A DNA stretch of 35,109 nt, taken from sequence record MK473382.1, one strand, 5' to 3'. The notes beneath the pieces were generated by a model. The model ran no database searches, was not told where the DNA came from, and saw only the letters and a program-made list of their open reading frames with translations. Position 1 is the stretch's first letter. Every line of letters starts with the position of its first letter. Source of the DNA: Clostridium phage JD032. A program made the position numbers and the translations under genes. Shown here one piece after another: positions 31,859-35,109 of this stretch.

Positions 31859-33013
31859 TTACTCACCCCCTTTCACAGTCGCAGTATCCAATCTACGAAT
31901 TGGTTTGTCGCCATTTTCTATTGGCGAAAGGTTCATTATTTTACGCCACTCATTCGGAGTAAGTGAACCCCTGTCAACCATTTGCACTAAATTTAATTTA
32001 GTAGACATACTCGCATATTGCAGATTAGAAGCTTCAAATATTATTTTATTTCCAAAGCTTCGCTCTTTTTTAGTAAAAAGTTTTTCTGTATACTGATTAG
32101 ACAATTGCAACCCGACTGGTTCAATTTCAGACTCATAATAAGCCCTCCATTCGTCTTCTGTATACTTGCTTTGAATTATTTTCTCATTCGTATTAAAAAA
32201 CGAATATAAACGTTGTACAGCTTTATCCATTTGTGCTGCGTTAGGAACATAACTTTCAGCTTTAACCTGTTCAGCATCATATTTAGAATCAGTTGCAGCA
32301 GCTCCGCCTGCGTCTGAGTCTATTTGCAAGTAATTCTTTTCAAACTCCTTGACTTCTTTCCTTATGTCATCAGGTCTAAGTGCTGTTTTAAATTTTAGTA
32401 ACCACTTAATTGTATTGCTATTTTTAATAGCTTTTACGACCCCTTGGTCTGTCGTGTTTACAACTTCCATAAGCGGCTCAAGCACTTTAGTTGGAGGTGT
32501 TCCAAATAAATCATTTTCGTTAAAATCTTTTCTTAGATGAATTATGTTCGAATATGGATAAGTAACTTTTTTCCCATTCTTAAGCGAAAATTTCAAAAAC
32601 AAAACTTCATCTTCATAAATAGCTTCAACATTTAAAGCGTTAAGAGGGTAAATCTGAATTGGTATATTATAACTATCTTTAATAATTACAGCAAAAGCAT
32701 TACTATTAAGTTCTAACTGAGTAACCATTTTCTCTTGAAGTATTTGCCCACTCATGAATGGATTCGGATTTTCAAGCAAAAATTTAATGTAAATTTCCGG
32801 ATTGGTCTTAAATTCAGTCTCATTACTTCTAATATGCTTAGCTGTCATTTTGCCAACAGCTTTACTTTTTGGTCGTATAATACTTCTTATAATGTCACTT
32901 CTATATAAATTGCCATGCCAACTATAAAACCCGTTTCCCGAATCTGAAACAAGCTCCATCACAACTTTTCCAGGAGCTTCTTTATTTTTCTTCTTAGATT
33001 TAAATATATTCAT
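31859..33013 (-). CDS. portal protein (HK97 family)
   Basis: 384 aa between the terminase large subunit and the protease. Confidence 0.7.
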   Translation of the reverse strand: MNIFKSKKKNKEAPGKVVMELVSDSGNGFYSWHGNLYRSDIIRSIIRPKSKAVGKMTAKHIRSNETEFKTNPEIYIKFLLENPNPFMSGQILQEKMVTQLELNSNAFAVIIKDSYNIPIQIYPLNALNVEAIYEDEVLFLKFSLKNGKKVTYPYSNIIHLRKDFNENDLFGTPPTKVLEPLMEVVNTTDQGVVKAIKNSNTIKWLLKFKTALRPDDIRKEVKEFEKNYLQIDSDAGGAAATDSKYDAEQVKAESYVPNAAQMDKAVQRLYSFFNTNEKIIQSKYTEDEWRAYYESEIEPVGLQLSNQYTEKLFTKKERSFGNKIIFEASNLQYASMSTKLNLVQMVDRGSLTPNEWRKIMNLSPIENGDKPIRRLDTATVKGGE

Positions 33014-33028
33014 TTTTCACCCCCTTAT

Positions 33029-34678
33029 CTAAATCATGTTTTCATATTCTGCCATTTTTTCTTTTAGAACAACATAGCCTATAATTAAAGTGACACCTCC
33101 ATCAATGCGTCGTCTTCTGTCCATACCTTTTATTGGCTGTATATTTCCATTTATATCCGTTTTTATTTCCATATTGCTAAGACACCATTTATCGATCGGG
33201 TTATTATTATAAATAACTTTATTAGCTTTTAAATCAGCTCGCAGCTCTTTCATAGGGGCAGATAAAGTATAAACCCCTTGTCGAACCTTAATCATAGAAT
33301 CCTTTCCAAACTCATTCTCATAAGCTAAAAGCAAACTCGAGTCAACGTGCCAAGGGTCATATCCAATCCAGGGAATATAAATATCGTATTCTTCCCTAAT
33401 TTCTCTAAACCATAACAAAATGTCATATGGATTTATTTTATTTCCCTCACATACCCTTAACAAACCTTGTTTTTCCCACAAATCGTATGGGATTTTATCT
33501 TCATCAGTTTTTTGTATTAGTCTTTCAGATGGAACCCAGTACATAGAAAGCACATAAATATTATCATCATATCTTTTCTTCAATAAAACTTTAGCAGATG
33601 CAAGGTCTGTAGTTTCAGCTAAGTCAAAACATCCTACGCCATATCTAAATTCCATTTCATCTATATTGAATTTAACTTCATTGTTTAACTCATCCCATCT
33701 TAACCAAGCAGTCGCAGAATTTTCTTTCATATTGAAATCTTTTACCATTACAGTAGGTTTGAAGCTCGGGTCTGTCTTAGCTTTATTAACACAGTCTCTC
33801 AAAAAATCAAGTTTTTTTATAGTACCTAAGCCTGGGTTAGCTTTTATCCAACATTCTTCTTTATCCCATTCGTCCTTGTCATCTAGCTCATAAATAAAAG
33901 CTATAAACCTGTCATCTTTTATTTTTTCATCTAGAACATTACAAGCATACTCATATTGTGCGTCAAAAATACCCTCTCTCACAAAACCATTTGTGGTAAT
34001 GCAATTTAAAAGAGGTTGATTTCTTGCCCCCATGGATTGTTTCATCAAGTCGTAAATATCCCTATTTTTTATAGCTGCTAATTCATCTATTGTTACCATG
34101 TGCGAGTTCAATCCATCAAGTCCATTTGAATTACTAGCAAGTGCTTGTATAAAACCGTAGTTGGCATGAAAATAAATATCTGATTTTCTTTTTTTAACGT
34201 GCTTAGTCAAAACTTTAGATTGCTGTACCATCTTGTAACATTCTTTAAAACCTTTTTGTGCTTGCTCATATTTGGTAGCAATATTATAAACCTCTGGAGA
34301 ACCTTCTCCATCTCCAATTAACATAAATAATTCATCCGCTGCCAATTCTGTAGTCTTCCCATTTTTACGTCCTCGAATGTCAAGTACTTCCTGATATCGT
34401 CTAAACCTCGTGTCTTTATCTACAAAGCCAAATACAGCTTGATGTTTGGCTTTTTGAAATAGTTCAAGTTTAAGTGGCTCTCCTAATTTTCCTTGTGCCT
34501 GCTTACAAAACGTCTCTATAAACTCAATAGGTCTATTAGCAAGTTCTTCATCAAAAACCCAATTGCCCTTCGGATTATACAAGTCTTGAACAAGCTTTTT
34601 ATATACTTGCTTAATTCTACTACAAGCAACTATTTCTCCACTCAATATTTTTTGATAATATTCTTCAATGTATGTCAT
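33029..34678 (-). CDS. terminase large subunit
   Basis: 549 aa. Walker A DIRGRKNGKTT, ATPase then nuclease domain organisation. Confidence 0.85.
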   Translation of the reverse strand: MTYIEEYYQKILSGEIVACSRIKQVYKKLVQDLYNPKGNWVFDEELANRPIEFIETFCKQAQGKLGEPLKLELFQKAKHQAVFGFVDKDTRFRRYQEVLDIRGRKNGKTTELAADELFMLIGDGEGSPEVYNIATKYEQAQKGFKECYKMVQQSKVLTKHVKKRKSDIYFHANYGFIQALASNSNGLDGLNSHMVTIDELAAIKNRDIYDLMKQSMGARNQPLLNCITTNGFVREGIFDAQYEYACNVLDEKIKDDRFIAFIYELDDKDEWDKEECWIKANPGLGTIKKLDFLRDCVNKAKTDPSFKPTVMVKDFNMKENSATAWLRWDELNNEVKFNIDEMEFRYGVGCFDLAETTDLASAKVLLKKRYDDNIYVLSMYWVPSERLIQKTDEDKIPYDLWEKQGLLRVCEGNKINPYDILLWFREIREEYDIYIPWIGYDPWHVDSSLLLAYENEFGKDSMIKVRQGVYTLSAPMKELRADLKANKVIYNNNPIDKWCLSNMEIKTDINGNIQPIKGMDRRRRIDGGVTLIIGYVVLKEKMAEYENMI

Positions 34679-34935
34679 TTTTGAAGTCTACCTTTTTTTA
34701 TAAACTCAATAAGCTCATCCTCTTCTTCCTGCTTTGTATTACTTGGAATAATATCAATTAGTTGCTTCATGACACTAGAATAAAGCTTCATAAAATTTAA
34801 ATATATTTTAACTTGAAGTCTTTCTCTTTCAAATTCCTGTTTACCTTGTTTGAAAATTTCAGTCAAACCTTCTTTTGTCAAAATTTCTCTTGTCTCTTCT
34901 AAAGATATTTTCAAGAAAGCCGCTTCATTTACCAA
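34675..34935 (-). CDS. terminase small subunit candidate. 5' end uncertain, because the frame stays open to the window edge.
   Basis: 86 aa from a TTG with no RBS. The same frame has no stop between 34936 and 35109. Sits directly upstream of TerL. Confidence 0.4.
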   Translation of the reverse strand: MVNEAAFLKISLEETREILTKEGLTEIFKQGKQEFERERLQVKIYLNFMKLYSSVMKQLIDIIPSNTKQEEEDELIEFIKKGRLQK

Positions 34936-35040
34936 CCCATCTAGAATTTTAACTTTTTCTTTTTCTAAATCTTTATAGTTTTTCTTTAATCTGCTTACTT
35001 CTTGTTTTATCTTTTTTTCTTTCTCTAATTGTTCGTAAAT

Positions 35041-35109
35041 TATTTTAAATAACCCCCCTCCCCTTCTGATTTTTTTCGTGCGGAGGAAAATTGAGGTGGG
35101 GACATCGGT
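35041..35109. other. GC-rich motif at the right window edge (CCCCCCTCCCC ... GGAGG ... GAGGTGGGG), candidate other half of the cos region
   Basis: aaCCCCCCTCCCCttctgatttttttcgtgcGGAGGaaaattGAGGTGGGGacatcggt, an architecture similar to the left edge. Confidence 0.3.

Noticed and set aside
288-34684. Numerous plus-strand ORFs of 60-180 aa lying antisense to the minus-strand phage genes. Examples: 288..551, 555..806, 1408..1659, 1725..1964, 3220..3531, 3827..4066, 8108..8338, 8501..8713, 14195..14449, 18878..19105, 23045..23371, 24594..25076, 25272..25679, 26466..26867, 30594..31127, 32018..32209, 33666..33893, 34493..34684. Also minus-strand 9560..9757, 9591..9815, 10092..10295 and 12131..12514, which are antisense to plus-strand genes.
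   Set aside because: Low-complexity S/L/F/I-rich translations, as expected for the reverse complement of AT-rich coding sequence. No RBS. Each is fully embedded in a well-supported gene on the other strand.

Overview
AT-rich (about 25-28% GC) window of 35.1 kb that reads as a near-complete temperate myophage or phage-plasmid of a low-GC Firmicute (Clostridium-like). I found no tRNA, rRNA, CRISPR array or recognisable host housekeeping gene. Most genes are on the minus strand, read from the right edge leftward. The late module (34935 down to 15268) is terminase small/large, HK97-type portal, ClpP-like prohead protease, major capsid, head-tail connectors, contractile tail (sheath, tube, chaperone with a -1 frameshift site, tape measure, LysM protein, tail lysin with NlpC/P60, baseplate, glycine-rich fibres), then a PBSX-like lysis cassette (XhlA-like, holin, Amidase_3 endolysin). 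The left third (5727 down to 54) is an early operon: Cro-position protein, SSB, a MazG-like protein, two tandem ArpU/RinA-like late regulators, a catalytic-domain-only tyrosine recombinase and an HNH endonuclease at the left edge. An XRE repressor diverges from it at a textbook operator/promoter switch. Between the repressor and the lysis genes (6.3-15.3 kb) lies an accessory island. It holds a divergent SF2 helicase / DnaQ-like exonuclease pair with a promoter-terminator RNA unit in the leader, a candidate par/Fst-like type I toxin-antisense RNA locus, further small membrane peptides, an AbrB/MazE-like protein, a ParA + ribbon-helix-helix partition cassette flanked by AATATTG palindromic sites, 69-bp iterons, and an operon of an AP2/zinc-ribbon protein flanked by two unrelated acidic proteins that each carry a duplicated consensus promoter-operator cassette. 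GC-rich C/G runs at both window edges next to HNH and terminase suggest the window spans a cos-to-cos genome or a circular element opened at cos. Functional calls rest on motif reading of the translations, not database searches. Coordinates of non-CDS features are approximate to about 2 nt.
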